Assembly (NCBI RefSeq): GCF_001194135.2
Contig: NC_068985.1
Span: forward strand, 27,449,601-27,483,082
From: Octopus bimaculoides
Lineage: Eukaryota
Reading direction: 5' to 3'
Length of the DNA stretch: 33,482 nt
A model generated the notes under the pieces. It searched no databases. It was not told the DNA's origin and saw nothing but the letters and a program-made list of their open reading frames with translations. Of the stretch, positions 31,598-33,482 are shown piece by piece. A program made the position numbers and the translations under genes. Positions within the stretch are counted from its first letter, which is position 1. Every line of letters begins with the position of its first letter.

Positions 31598-31638
31598 CGC
31601 ACACACACACACACACACACGCGCACACACGCACGTAC
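31476..31638. repeat. (CA)n/(CG) compound microsatellite
   Basis: Direct inspection. Confidence 0.95.
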
Positions 31639-32437
31639 ATTGTATGACTGGGTGGATAACGAGAATCGCGTTATTTGCCTTCCAATGTTTGTCAGAAAAA
31701 AAAAGAGCGGAAAGAAAGCGAAAAGTGATTCATGTACAATAAAGTGTTCCGCTCAGAGATATAATGAAATAACTGACTCATTATTTAGCAGTCCAATATG
31801 TTATATACTTTAGTATTCCTTCCGTCCTATGTAGGAAAGTTTTGCTTATGGAAAACACACAGATAAACTTTCGTACTATTGAATTCTAGGACTTAGTATC
31901 ATTGGTGATCAAAATCCTGGCTGTATAGCTAAGGCTGTATCATGAAGGTTATAAAATATCTTATCCTCACCTACGGTAAACTGCTGCTGCATATCTTTAT
32001 ATAAGAATGTTCACTCAATAGTGGAGAACTAGTCACACATCTAAGATGGAGATGGTATGATATATTCCAAGTGAAGATTGCATCCTCTCAAAACGTCATT
32101 TTGCAGATGAGCAAAAAAGAAAAAGAAAGAAGAAAAATTCAACAATAAGCTAGAATTGCATTTCCGCCGCAAAACTTATTTCGCTCTCTTCAGCACCTGC
32201 TTTTACTACAATGGCATATGCTTTTTTGAAATTACTAACATTATACAACTTAAATCAAAACCAGCTACTTTAATACTTTGTGTTTTCTGTTAACCTTACT
32301 CTCTTATCTTTATGTCCTACATTATGAAGTAAAATATTTCTCAAACGCGGCCTTTCCACGAATAATATCCCTTAGTGCATTTCTTCCATCTTCTAGCCCT
32401 TAAAAGCGCATCCTGAAAATCAAGCGAATTAACTTAC

Positions 32438-32502
32438 CCAAATTTTCCTATTTCTTCAAGAAAGACCTTCAGAAGCCATGGGCATTGCTCTTTCTCCGCA
32501 GA
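32438..32502 (-). CDS. Candidate 65-nt coding exon (SAEKEQCPWLLKVFLEEIGKFG) of an unidentified gene
   Basis: A long U-rich tract ends in TATTTTAG|, and there is a consensus donor TGG|GTAAGT. Only one frame is open, and GC is higher than in the flanks. Confidence 0.45.
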
Positions 32503-33482
32503 CTAAAATATAGAAATAACAAATGAACAAAATTAATAAAGATTTCTTATATAAAAACATAGCTTTCACAATTACATGTAAGGAGATGAAATTGTGTGAC
32601 GTCCACAGTTTTTGCTGTGCACTAAAGACATAAGTGAAACAGAAAATACATTGTGAATTCAATTCAAATGGAGCTTACTGTCATTTATGACGTAAAAAGG
32701 TAGAGATAGTCCTTAAATTCTTAACTCTGTATATTGATTTCATGAGCTACTCATGCTGCTTACAGAGCAAAGTGAACTGGGAGATAAGGTATACTGTAGG
32801 TTAAATGAACTCCAGTAGATCATCAGAAACGATGTTACAGACATAATTACTTCGGAGATAATGTTTAGTCAATGATGCAAATAGTAAACACTGAAAATAC
32901 TTGAAACTTTTATCAAGATTTGTTTTAAAACAAAAGCAAAAACAAACAAACAAACTTTCCTTCTATCAGACTGGAATTTCAGAATTCTCTAGTTTTGAAG
33001 TCCTCAAAAATGACTTATAAACTATCAGAAAACAATATTTCTGCAAAGATGTTAGATAATGACGTTTAAAAAATTAAACAAAGATCACTTTTTAATTAGA
33101 ATAACATCCAGCATCCTAGAAAACNNNNNNNNNNATATATACAAACATGTGTGTATATCCTTTAATTTCATTTATGTGAAGCGTTTTTGAGTGTGCTCAT
33201 AAAAAGCTCTTGTGCTATTTATTTCAGTTACCGCTTATTATTCCCATCTTCTAGAGAACTTTTATGGGATGGTTATTCGTCTGGTCCCGCTATAGCGAAG
33301 GATGAATATAATAATAACAAGAAGCTTTGAACGGAAATTTATAAAACCTTTAACTCATTGCTACGTACATATCCACAAACCACATATTTCTGTTGCTGTA
33401 TTCCTCATTCATGGAAACGTACGTAGCAATGCATTAAAAGATTTATGAATTTCCATTCAAAAGTCCTAGTATATATATATAT

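Overview
AT-rich, gap-riddled eukaryotic genomic DNA with no prokaryotic features. The microsatellite load and the repeat families look like a cephalopod (octopus-like) assembly; this is inference from pattern recognition. The window is mostly intronic/intergenic and dominated by microsatellites and retroelements. It contains four modular tRNA-derived SINE types, decayed CR1-like and RTE LINE fragments, TAA-embedded Dong/R4-type LINE ends, a DD37D (maT-type) transposase relic and a mariner deletion derivative. It is notably rich in Penelope-like (PLE) material: an RT plus GIY-YIG relic at about 12.1-14.6 kb, a GIY-YIG relic at 0.3-0.7 kb, and PLE-style minimal hammerhead ribozymes. The most interesting object is at 27.5-28.4 kb. 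Two separate TSD-flanked insertions each carry a hammerhead-containing tail plus an inverted copy of that tail, and one of them also has an intact Pol III tRNA(Thr)-like head. This suggests a SINE-like, hammerhead-bearing, non-autonomous element mobilised by Penelope-type machinery. A few small minus-strand candidate exons (25.2-25.5 kb, 32.4-32.5 kb) may belong to an unidentified host gene. Almost all ORFs in the supplied track are microsatellite or N-gap artefacts.
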